Assembly: GCA_963827275.1 (NCBI GenBank) | Contig: CAWHAA010000002.1 | Location: 160,001-224,000, forward strand | Direction: 5' to 3' | Length of the DNA: 64,000 bases | From: an uncultured Spirochaetota bacterium | GTDB lineage: Bacteria > Spirochaetota > UBA4802 > UBA5550 | Shown here: in pieces, positions 1-9,800 of the stretch | Numbering within the stretch: the stretch's first letter is position 1 | Layout: each line of letters begins with the position of its first letter | Notes under the pieces: model-generated | What the model saw: only the letters and a program-made list of their open reading frames with translations | Databases searched by the model: none | Told to the model about the DNA's origin: nothing | Translations under genes and position numbers: made by a program

Positions 1-122
1 CCGCCGAGGAAGATAACGGCAAAGTTTATTTTTTCCGCGCAATGGACTGGTGTCAGCAGGGGCGCGAACAGGGCTCCCATCGCGAGCAGTAAGGCAACAG
101 CGGCAATTCTCTTCGTGTTCAT
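1..122 (-). CDS. 5' end of an exported protein (signal peptide), truncated by the window edge
   Basis: Minus strand reads AAGGAG-N8-ATG, then MNTKRIAAVALLLAMGALFAPLLTPVHCAEKINFAVIFLG with a Sec-type signal; divergent from the MMPL gene. Confidence 0.7.
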   Translation of the reverse strand, partial: MNTKRIAAVALLLAMGALFAPLLTPVHCAEKINFAVIFLG

Positions 123-617
123 GTAATACTTCTCCTTGTATAATAATCAATTAGTTGGTGCAAGGTCTGCCAGCGTTATCAGGCAAGGCAGTAAAACCAT
201 GGGATATAAATCTTTTATTATTTTTATATCGCATATATCTTGAAAAAGAGTAAGAATACTGCAATCTGACGGGTATTTAAGAATGAAAACGTTAATAATA
301 TAAACATTTTCTTGATTAAATACATCTATGTCAATGAATTTTTTCATGACAATTAGACCCCGGTTAAGGCGTGAAAGTTCATCATAAATATTATATTTTT
401 GCATTATCCCGCAAGCTTTTAAGGTGAGCGTATCCGTTTATGTTATGATAAATCATCGATTTATTCCCTTCCGTTTCATGGCACATCCGCATAAAAAAAT
501 GCTTGCAGAGGAGGCATAATCTTTTTAGTAACTATAACAATCAGTTATATACGCGGCTTGTGGCCTGGTGCGCGGGTATTGTGCTGAAAATCTACTACGA
601 TAAACACCGAGAGTATT

Positions 618-3462
618 ATGCAAAGAAAAATCCTTGATTTTATATTCAACCTGTCGCTGCAGCGCGGGAAATTGCTGCTGGTCATCATGTCGATCATTAC
701 CGTCATCTTCGGCACATTTATCCCCCGGCTTATCATCTCGTCCTCGCAGCAAAACCTGATCCCCGCGGACGATCCGGAGCAGGCGAGATACATCCAGTAT
801 AACAAGGAATTCGGCTCCTCGGACAACCTGATTATCGTCCTCGACGGCGACAGCGACGCGTGCAAGGAGTACGCCGATGATTTTGCGCGGGAGCTCGAAA
901 AGGAGCAGAAATGGGTCAAGTCGGTATTTTACAAGATCGACGCCAGCGTGCTGCTGAAACGGGCGCCGCTGTATGTGCCGGCCGAAGATCTGAACAAGGG
1001 ATTCGAGTTATTGCAGAAGAAGCAGGGGATGATCGAGCGGGTTAAAAATATTTCCAGCCTGTATGCATTGCTCAATGAAATAACGGAAAGCTTTAAAGAG
1101 CCGAACAGTGAAATTTCCATCGAGGCGGCGACGAAAATAATCGCCTTTATCAATACCTTTTTTGCCGAATGGAACGACTGGATCATCAACACGAACCAGA
1201 TCAAGCTGAAAATCGGAGAAAAGATTTCACAGGCGGGGTTCCCGCAAATGGCGATGCTGCAGAGCGAGGGGTACCTGTTTTCCCGCGATTTTAAAATGAT
1301 GTTCCTGCTCGTTCAGCCTAAAGATTACGATGATGAAATAACCTATCTCCGGCCGTTCATGAAGGATATCCGCGCGGCCTGCGACCGGGCGAAACGCACG
1401 CACCCGGAATTACAGGACAAGGTCAAGGTGGCCTTTACCGGGATGCCGGCCCACGTGCTCAACCAGACCGAAATCATTTATTCTGATGTGGGACATGCGG
1501 CGATCGGCTCGGTCGTCATCGTCGCGCTCATTCTCCTCATCGGGTTCCGTTCTATCAAGAAAACCATTGTCGGGGTCATTCCCACCGTTGCGGGGATGGT
1601 CATCTCCCTCGGTATTTTAACGCTCTTCCTCGGGAAGCTGAACCTGATCAGCTCTTCCTTCCTGGCGGTCCTGTTCGGTATCGGGATCGATTTCAGCATC
1701 TATCTCCTCCAGCGAACGGAAGAGGAGCTGGGGAACGGGCTGTCGCAGAATGACGCGATATACAAGTCGGTCGTACTGACCAGCCGGTCCATCATCTCCG
1801 GGGGCCTCACCACGAGCCTCGCGTTCCTTGCGCTGGCGCTTTCAAAGTTCCAGGGGTACTCGGAGCTCGGCTGGGCCGCGGGCATCGGCCTCATCGTCGT
1901 CATGTTCACCACCTTTTTCATGATGCCGGCGCTGCTCATGAATATCCCGGTTGAACCGCGGATGTATCGTGTAAAGGAGACCATCAAGGAAGCGGGTATT
2001 TTAGAAAGGAAAGAAGATACACCTGGTGCTTATCGGCGTGGGCGTCATCATCACCATCGCCAGCATCATAGCCACGACCAGGCTCAAAATGGACTATAAC
2101 ATAATCAAAATGCTGCCGACGAAAACTGAATCCTCTATCTACCAGAACAGGATGGAAGAGGAGAGCGATTACAAGATGTCCTTCGTCATGATAACAGACA
2201 CCGATCTGGTGCGTTTGAAAGAGATCACCGAGAAGGTCAAGGCCCTGCCGACGGTCAGCAAGGTCGAGTCCCTGGCAGACCTCATTCCTTCCGACCAGGA
2301 AAAAAAGATCAGGATCATGAAGAAATTTAAACCGCTCCTCGGTGATTTCCGCATCGGGCTCAGGGACAATGACCAGATCGGCGCGGACTATATCGCCGCG
2401 CTGGACCGGATAAGCGTCTATTTCGAGGAAGCGCAGGAAAAGGCGTTTGCGGGGAGCCAGACCAGGCTGGTGGAGCAGATTGACCTTGTCATGAAAAACA
2501 TCGATGCCATCAAGAAAAAACTCGCGTCGGACAGGACCGGCATGGCCCTGGTACGGACGAGGAAATTCGAGAAGGAGCTTTTCGCGAATCTGGAAAAAGG
2601 GACCCAGCTCATCCGCGAAAGCCTGAACCCGGCCGTTATCACGGAGGCCACGTTCCCGAAAGAGATAATCAGCAGGTTTAAAAGCGAGAAGGGGACCTAT
2701 GTGGCAATGGTGTCACCGAAAGGCTCAATCTGGGATGTTGATTTTCTCGACACGTTCGTGAATGGCCTCAAAAAAATCACTCCGAATGTCACCGGGTTTC
2801 CTGTCACACACCGGGTCTATGTGCGGCAGGCGGCGACTGCGATATTTCAGGCAATGATGTATTCTTTCATTGTTATACTGATACTCCTGATAATTGATTT
2901 CAGGGGCCTCAGGGGGGTGCTCCTCTCCCTGCTCCCGCTCTTCATGGGGATGATGCTCCTCCAGCTGATGATGTTCGTGTTGAGAATTGATTACAATGTC
3001 GCCAATATCGCCGGGCTGCCGCTGCTGCTCGGGCTTGGCGTGGTCTATGGTCTCCGGATCGTGCATCGCTGGAGGGAGGACCCGTCCATTACCGCCTTTG
3101 CCGCGACACAGACAACGGGCAGGGGGCTCGCTTTCGCCGCGTTTGCAATCATAGCAGGCCTCATCAGCATAGTTCCCGCTCGTCATAACGGCGTGTCCTC
3201 TTTCGGCGTGATCCTGCTCATCGGGATCATAACCTGCATGTTCACGGCGCTTATCATTTTACCGGCGATCATCGACTATCTCTATGTCATGAAAAAAGGT
3301 GAAGAGCCGGCGGAGGAAAGCGCCGCGATACCCGCGGCGGACCCGGAGGGAAGAAAGCCGGGGGCCAGGCGCTCGTCAGCGAAGCAGAAAACGAAACCAG
3401 GCGCAAAGAAAAAAACAGCCGTGAAAAAGAAGGCGGCAAAGCCAGCTAAAAAGAAAAAATAG
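618..3462 (+). CDS. MMPL/RND-superfamily transporter (HpnN-like), split by a +1 frameshift near 2010
   Basis: ORFs 618-2099 and 2026-3462 give two MMPL repeats (TGMPA..., LFGIGIDFSIYL; TGFPV..., LLGLGVVYGL). Removing one A from AGGAAAGAAG restores ...ERKKIHLVLIG. Confidence 0.85.
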
Positions 3463-3512
3463 CGGCCGCCGGCATGTTCCTGCGAAGCAGTATGGAATAA
3501 AAGACAGTCGTG

Positions 3513-3540
3513 AAAGGGCACCGGATACGGTGCCCTTTTT
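3513..3540 (+). terminator. Intrinsic terminator after the MMPL gene
   Basis: AAAGGGCACCG-GATA-CGGTGCCCTTT followed by T tract. Confidence 0.8.
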
Positions 3541-3618
3541 ATATGTTTTTCAATCATTCCCTTGACTTATTGCAATGAGTGCGCTACAGGTATCCGCATC
3601 CATATGGTGAGGTGGTAC

Positions 3619-5388
3619 ATGAAGGGTAATGCCCTGTACAAGAGAAAGACAAAAATTATCTGCACTCTCGGCCCGGCGACGGATGACCGGGAGGTGCTGC
3701 GGCGCCTTTTATGCAACGGCATGAACGTTGCCCGCATGAACTTTTCCCACGGGTCCCATGACGAACACCAGAAACGGGTCGATACGGTCAAGGAGCTCAG
3801 GGAGGAACTGGGACTTCCGGTCGGCATCATGCTGGACACGCGGGGACCTGAGATCAGGATCAGGCAGTTCGCTGACCGCGAGGTCACCCTCGCGGCCGGG
3901 GCCATGTTCACCTTCACGGTAGAAGACGTCCCCGGCACGGACCGCATGGTGTCAGTCGCCTACGACAGGTTCCCTTCAATTGTGCAGAAGGGGGACACGC
4001 TGCTGCTGGATGACGGCCTTATCGCCATGCGGGTAACGGGCGTGGACGGTCAGGAAGTGACCTGCCAGGTGCTGAACGGCGGGACCCTGGGCAACAACAA
4101 GAAGATCAATGTACCTGGCGCGGCAAACAAACTGCCCTTTATCAACGAAAAGGACCGCGCTGACCTGCTCTTCGGCGTCAGGAACGATTTCGATTTCATA
4201 GCCGCCTCCTTCGTGAGGAACGCGAACGACATACGGGACCTGCGCGACGAACTGCGCAAGCTCCGTGGCGAATTCATCAAGATAATAGCAAAGATCGAGA
4301 TCAGGGAGGGCGTGGACGATATCGACGCCATCATCCGCGTGAGCGACGGAGTCATGGTGGCGCGGGGCGACATGGGTGTCGAGATCCCGTTCGAGGAGCT
4401 TCCCTCGATACAGAAGCGGATCATACGCAAGTGCTATGGCGCCGGGAAGCCGGTCATCACCGCGACCCAGATGCTCGACTCGATGATCCGCAATCCCCGT
4501 CCCACGCGCGCTGAGATCACCGACGTGGCGAACGCGATCTATGACGGGACGAGCGCCATCATGCTCTCCGGGGAGACCTCCGTGGGGAAGTACCCCGTTG
4601 ATTCGCTCCTCACCATGTCAAAGATCGCGGTCGAAACTGAGCGCGACATCGATTATGTCAGGCAGTTCAATGAAATGCGCGTGCCGGTTTCCCGGAACAT
4701 CACAAACGCCATAAGCCGCGCGACCTGCGAGACCGCGCATACCCTGGGCGCCGCCGCCATCGTGAGCGTGACAAAATCGGGCCACACGGCGAACATGGTT
4801 TCGAAATACCGGCCCGGCTGCCCGATACTTGCGGTCACCATATCGAAGAAGGTGTTCCACCAACTTTCCCTCTCGTGGGGGGTCTATCCCGTGATGACGG
4901 AGCGGAAAGAGACGACCGATGAAGTCTTTGAACAGGCGGTCTCGCGGGCGTCCGCTTCCGAGCTGGTAAAAAACGGCGATCTGATCGTCATCACGGGCGG
5001 TATGATTGCCGACGTGAGCGGCACCACGAACATGCTCAAGGTCCATATCGTGGGGGACCTCCTCCTGGAAGGGAAGGGGATGACGCCCTTTACCGCAAGT
5101 GGCCCGGTATGCGTGATCAGCGACCCGGACGATGCGCACCATTTCAATTCAGGTGAGGTGATAGTTATCGGTAAAACGACCGACGAGATACTGGCGCTCC
5201 TGAAAAGCGCGGCAGCGGTCATCACCGAGGAAGAGAGCGATTCGCAGGCGGTCATCGCGGGTAAGGCGCTGGGGATACCGGTCGTATGCGCCGTCAGGGC
5301 CGCTACCGAGATTCTGAAGAGCGGGTCTGTCGTCACCGTGGACGGGGTGGGCGGCAACATATACAGCGGCATCAGGCATATCCGGTAA
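3619..5388 (+). CDS. pyk: Pyruvate kinase with C-terminal PEP-utiliser mobile (swivel) domain
   Basis: RKTKIICTLGPA, ARMNFSHG, MVARGDMGVE, ATQMLDSM, PTRAE, MLSGET; ATG 3619 follows GAGGTGG; extra C-terminal domain ending VTVDG. Confidence 0.97.
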   Translation: MKGNALYKRKTKIICTLGPATDDREVLRRLLCNGMNVARMNFSHGSHDEHQKRVDTVKELREELGLPVGIMLDTRGPEIRIRQFADREVTLAAGAMFTFTVEDVPGTDRMVSVAYDRFPSIVQKGDTLLLDDGLIAMRVTGVDGQEVTCQVLNGGTLGNNKKINVPGAANKLPFINEKDRADLLFGVRNDFDFIAASFVRNANDIRDLRDELRKLRGEFIKIIAKIEIREGVDDIDAIIRVSDGVMVARGDMGVEIPFEELPSIQKRIIRKCYGAGKPVITATQMLDSMIRNPRPTRAEITDVANAIYDGTSAIMLSGETSVGKYPVDSLLTMSKIAVETERDIDYVRQFNEMRVPVSRNITNAISRATCETAHTLGAAAIVSVTKSGHTANMVSKYRPGCPILAVTISKKVFHQLSLSWGVYPVMTERKETTDEVFEQAVSRASASELVKNGDLIVITGGMIADVSGTTNMLKVHIVGDLLLEGKGMTPFTASGPVCVISDPDDAHHFNSGEVIVIGKTTDEILALLKSAAAVITEEESDSQAVIAGKALGIPVVCAVRAATEILKSGSVVTVDGVGGNIYSGIRHIR

Positions 5389-5405
5389 CGGCGGCCCTGA
5401 ATTGC

Positions 5406-5434
5406 TTGACGGGACCGGATGGGTGCGATAGCCT
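5406..5434 (+). promoter_or_regulatory. Putative sigma70 promoter of the VanW-macroglobulin operon
   Basis: TTGACG-17 bp-TAGCCT, 26 nt before the VanW ATG. Confidence 0.45.
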
Positions 5435-5460
5435 GAATCCCTGACGCGCCCCGGTCATAC

Positions 5461-6192
5461 ATGATGGATTTTTTTAAAAAAACATCTGCCCTCATTTCCC
5501 TCTTCCTGCTCCTGGCAGGCTTCGCCCCGGCGCACCGCAGCCCTGCGGCATTCGGGGAGATGAGTGCCGCGGGCACGTTTTCATCCTCCATAGCGGGACA
5601 GGATGACAATGTCAGGCGCAATATCATGATCGCGGTCGGGAAGCTGAACGGGGCCCTGATTGCCCCCGGCGCCGTATTTTCATTTAACGATGCCGTGGGG
5701 GAAGGGTCCGCAAAAAACGGCTTCCTGCCGGGAAGGGTACTCTATCGCGACCGCGTGGCCATGGAACCGGGGGGCGGCCTCTGCCAGGTTTCATCAACCC
5801 TTTATAACGCGCTCCTCATGGCGGGCTGCGTAATTATAGAGCGACACCGCCACTTCCAGCCGGTGACGTACGTGCCGCTGGGCCTCGACGCCACCATCAA
5901 ATACGGCAAGAAGGACCTCAGGATTAAAAACCCGTACCGGCACCGCCTGAAAATCGAGATGAGCGCTTCCGATGCGAGTCTCAATGCCCGGGTGCTGTCC
6001 GAAGAAAGGCCGTCGTTCAGGTACGAAATATTCACAGAGGAAGAGGAACTGGCGCTGCCCGCGGCCGATGATGTCGAGAACATACGCCAGGGGATATCGG
6101 TCCATGTGTACCGGAAGCGGTACCGCGGTGATACCCTGCTGGAGAGCGCGCTGCTGTATAAAGATTATTATCCTCCCGTGTACACGCGATGA
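5461..6192 (+). CDS. VanW family protein, exported
   Basis: LNGALIAPGAVFSFN..VG, GGGLCQVSSTLYNA, IIERHRH, YVPLGLDATI, DLRIKN; N-terminal signal peptide. Confidence 0.92.
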   Translation: MMDFFKKTSALISLFLLLAGFAPAHRSPAAFGEMSAAGTFSSSIAGQDDNVRRNIMIAVGKLNGALIAPGAVFSFNDAVGEGSAKNGFLPGRVLYRDRVAMEPGGGLCQVSSTLYNALLMAGCVIIERHRHFQPVTYVPLGLDATIKYGKKDLRIKNPYRHRLKIEMSASDASLNARVLSEERPSFRYEIFTEEEELALPAADDVENIRQGISVHVYRKRYRGDTLLESALLYKDYYPPVYTR

Positions 6193-6205
6193 CCGGGAGG
6201 CGGGA

Positions 6206-6823
6206 ATGAAGGCGGCAAGGACAGGCGGGCTCGTGATGGCCCTGTTTTTTTTCTTCGCGGCAGGCGGTGACGTTTCCGGCGGCGCCAGCCCGGCCGAAGA
6301 CCCGCTGCTTGCGGAATGGAATGAATTTTCGAAACAACCTGAATGCAAAGCGCTCATGGCATGGCTCCGCCGGCAGGCGCTATCGCGCCTTACCGGCGCG
6401 CGGTGCGACGATCGACTTACGGTATCGACCCCTGACTATTTCGGAAAACTCGGGATGTTCATTACCCTGCAGAAAAAGAAAAAGGTGCGCGGCTGTTACG
6501 GATCGTTTTCGCACGGCATTGATACCATCGAGCCGTTGCTCCGGGATTATCTCGCCGGGGCCCTCACCAGGGACCTCCGGCATGAACCCCTTGACATAGC
6601 TGAATTTCCCGATACCGACATTATCCTGACGGTCACCTCGGCCCCGTTCGCCATTGATGATCCCGGGTCGGTCGACCTGCGCAGGTACGGGATTGTGGTC
6701 GCGTGCGGCGATGACCATGCCGTGTTTGTCCCTGCCGAGATCAGGAGCCTTTCGTCCCTGGAAAAAATAACGGCCGGAAAATCGTGCCAGGTTTCGTCAT
6801 TTGCCGCCGTTACGATTCGGTGA
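6206..6823 (+). CDS. AMMECR1-domain protein with N-terminal signal-like peptide
   Basis: GMFITLQKKKKVRGCYG (xRGCxG motif), D-x-R..PL...E, YGIVV...AVFVP; ATG 6206 after GGGAGG; hydrophobic LVMALFFFFAAG. Confidence 0.8.
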   Translation: MKAARTGGLVMALFFFFAAGGDVSGGASPAEDPLLAEWNEFSKQPECKALMAWLRRQALSRLTGARCDDRLTVSTPDYFGKLGMFITLQKKKKVRGCYGSFSHGIDTIEPLLRDYLAGALTRDLRHEPLDIAEFPDTDIILTVTSAPFAIDDPGSVDLRRYGIVVACGDDHAVFVPAEIRSLSSLEKITAGKSCQVSSFAAVTIR

Positions 6824-6870
6824 TGGTTCCGTCAGCCCTCTGGCGCAACATATAATTTCTGGAGGACACG

Positions 6871-9800
6871 ATGTGTAAGAAAATATTCTCCTGCCTCATC
6901 CTTGTTTCACTCGGCCTCATCCTCACGCATTGCGATACCGCCGGGGTCAAGCGCCTCGATGACGGGCGGAGCATATATCTGTCTGACGGCAAAAAGCTGT
7001 CGGCTAAAACGGGTATTGAGGGACACGTCATAGATGCAAAGACGAAGAAGGGGATACGGGACGCGCAGGTTGAAATGAAAAACGCCAACATGGGAGTCGG
7101 GTATTATACGCGTGAGACCGACCGGAACGGCTATTTCAAAATAGAGGATTTCATCCCGTATGTCAGGTACTCCGTCGAAGCCACAGCGAAAGGGTACGTA
7201 ACGTACCGGTCGACCGGACCGGTGACGGGAGGAAGCCATACATTTGCGCTGGCGCCGGAATCGCGGCTGAGCGGCACCGTCAGGAACAGGAAGGGAGAGC
7301 CGCTCCTGGGTGTGGAGGTTAAGCTCACCGCGTACGATGAACCGACGGAGGAGGGAGAGAACATCGTTTCACGTGCGCCGCGTATCGCCGCGACGGACGG
7401 CAATGGATCCTACGGGTTCGACAAGCTTCCCGCCGGCTCATACACGGTCCTGTTCACCTTCCCCGGGTGCATCAGTGAAACGGCGCAGGTGCGGAACATC
7501 AAGGAAGGCGAGAGCTTTGATCTTCCCATGGTAATGACGCGGCCCGCATCGGTGATGGGGAACGTTGTAATAGAGGGGCTCAACTCTCCGGCGATCAACG
7601 TGGACGTCTCAATCGAGGGACAGGTGACCCAGTCCGCGGCGACATTCCAGGACGGTACCTACCGGCTGGATGACGTAAAGCCGGGCACGTACAAGATGAC
7701 CGTCGCACACCAGGGGTTTTATGAGCTGACCGCGCATACGATAAAAATAAGCGAAGGTGAAAAGCGGGAGAACGTGAATTTTACCGTGAAGGCGAAGGAG
7801 CCCCAGGTCCAGGTATACGCGTACCGGTACACCTTTGCGCCGGGAGATGCCATTGAGTTCAATGTGCGCTCGTTGAGGCTGGAGACCCTGAAGGCGACAG
7901 TATACCGGGTGCCGATCGATATTCTGGTGCGGGGCGGGGTCGATGCGGACAGGCTTGATCCTGCGGCCGAGGGCTTCAAGGCGCTCTTCTCGTGGGACGA
8001 GCCGGTCAGGGAATTCGAACCCTATGAATGGCGGTACCAGTCGGTACAGGTGAAGAACCCCCTTTCCACCGGGGGCTACTGCATCGAGGTCAGGGGCGCG
8101 GGCAGGGTGATCAGCAGGAAGTTTTTCTCTCTTACCACCGTCGGGGTAGTGATGAAGCGCTCCCGGGAATCGGTCTTTGCCTATGTCACCAGCCTCGTGG
8201 ACAATACGCCCATCCCGGACGCACGCGTGGTGCTGTTCGATACCACGCCGCAAAAAAAGAAAGGGAAGAAGGCGACCTATGATCCGCCTGACCAGGTGGA
8301 GGACCTTCCCGTAAAAGCGCTGCTCCAGGGGAAAACGGACCGGGACGGCATCTGCCACAAGGGCTTCAGATCTGACCGGCATATTTCCGCGATCGTCATA
8401 GCCGGTGATGGCAGTTACGCCATCTGCAATACCGGGTCGCCGTCGTCGTTTGAGAAGGAGCAAAAGAAATATTTCATATACACTGACCGGCCCGTGTACC
8501 GGGCGGGAGACGCGGTGCATTACAAGATCATTGCGAAAAACCGCGAGCGGCGGTTCGTGCCGGTCGCCGGCGAGCGGTTGTATTACAGGATCGTGAACCG
8601 CGACATGGCAAAGACGGTCGCCGAAGGGGAAATGACGCTCGATGACTGGGGCACTGCGGACGGGGCACTGGCGCTGTCACGCGAAGCCCACCTCGGCGTG
8701 CATGAAATCATGGCGGGGCCGACGGTGAAAAACCTCTATAGCAGGGGGCGGTTCTATGTCGAGCAATACCGGAAGCCGGAATTCATCATAAAAATTATAC
8801 CGTCAAAAGATTATTTCATCAACGGCGACACGACCGAATTCAAGGTCGAATCGAAGTACTTTTTCGGCGCGCCGCTCAAAGGGGCCCTGGTGCAGTATCG
8901 GTTTTATGAAACGCGGCTCAGGGACGCCAACACCACCTACTGGTGGGAGCGCGATTATGGCGACAGCGCGCCGTACAACCGCATCGTCCTTGAAGGGGAA
9001 AAGTACGCCGATGACGAAGGGGTCGCCGTGCTGCGGCTCCATGCCGGGAACCTTCCCTATGACCGGGAGATCACCTGCGAGGCCACGGTGGTGGACCGCT
9101 CCAATGTCAGCATCACGGCCTCCGGCACGGTACGGATCGGGCGCGGGGAATATTACATCAAGATAGAACCGACCCGGAATTTTTTCGCCGCCGGCGAGAA
9201 AAAGGTCGTGGCGGTAAAGACCATGACCCATACCGGGAAACCGCTCAGTGCCCGGGTGAAGGTGGAGCTCTTCCGGTATATATGGAAGCCGTGGGAGCGG
9301 GTGTATGTCCATGACAGCAGGCCGCTCTATTCGGAAACGGCGACAACCGACAGCAGGGGGGCCGTGCTCATCGAGCTGCCGAAACAGTTCAGCCTGTACG
9401 GCGAATTTGACATGGTGGTCACCGGCACTGACCGGAGGGAAAACCGGATCACCGCGTCGCGGGTCATCTGGGTCTACGGTGCGGAGGGGTCAGCGGTGGC
9501 GTCGCGCTTTAAAAACCTGGAGCTGACCCTGGACACGGACGAGATGGCGAAGCCGGGCGAGGTCACCTGCCTCGTCAAGAGCTGCTTCACCGATGCGTAT
9601 GTGTGCCTCACCCTTGAAGGGAGGGACGTGTATGAATCGAAGGTCGTTAAAATGACGGGCAACATCGTCCCGGTGAAGTTCACCGTCAAAGAGGCGTACG
9701 CGCCGAACCTGTACGTGACCGCGTCCATGCAGCGGAAGCGGGCCCTCTATACCGAATCGGCCGGGATAACCATCCCCGTCAATGACACGGAGCTCTCCCT

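Noticed and set aside
147..404. 85-aa AT-rich minus-strand ORF
   Set aside because: Lies in a divergent promoter region; alternative start codon, atypical composition
2000..2099. His-rich tail (RHHHHRQHHSHD) on ORF 618-2099
   Set aside because: Out-of-frame reading of ATC-rich TM codons after the +1 frameshift; the same applies to GHHHD near 48410
5461..6192. Vancomycin resistance cluster suggested by VanW
   Set aside because: No vanH/A/B/X/R/S genes; VanW domains are widespread outside resistance loci
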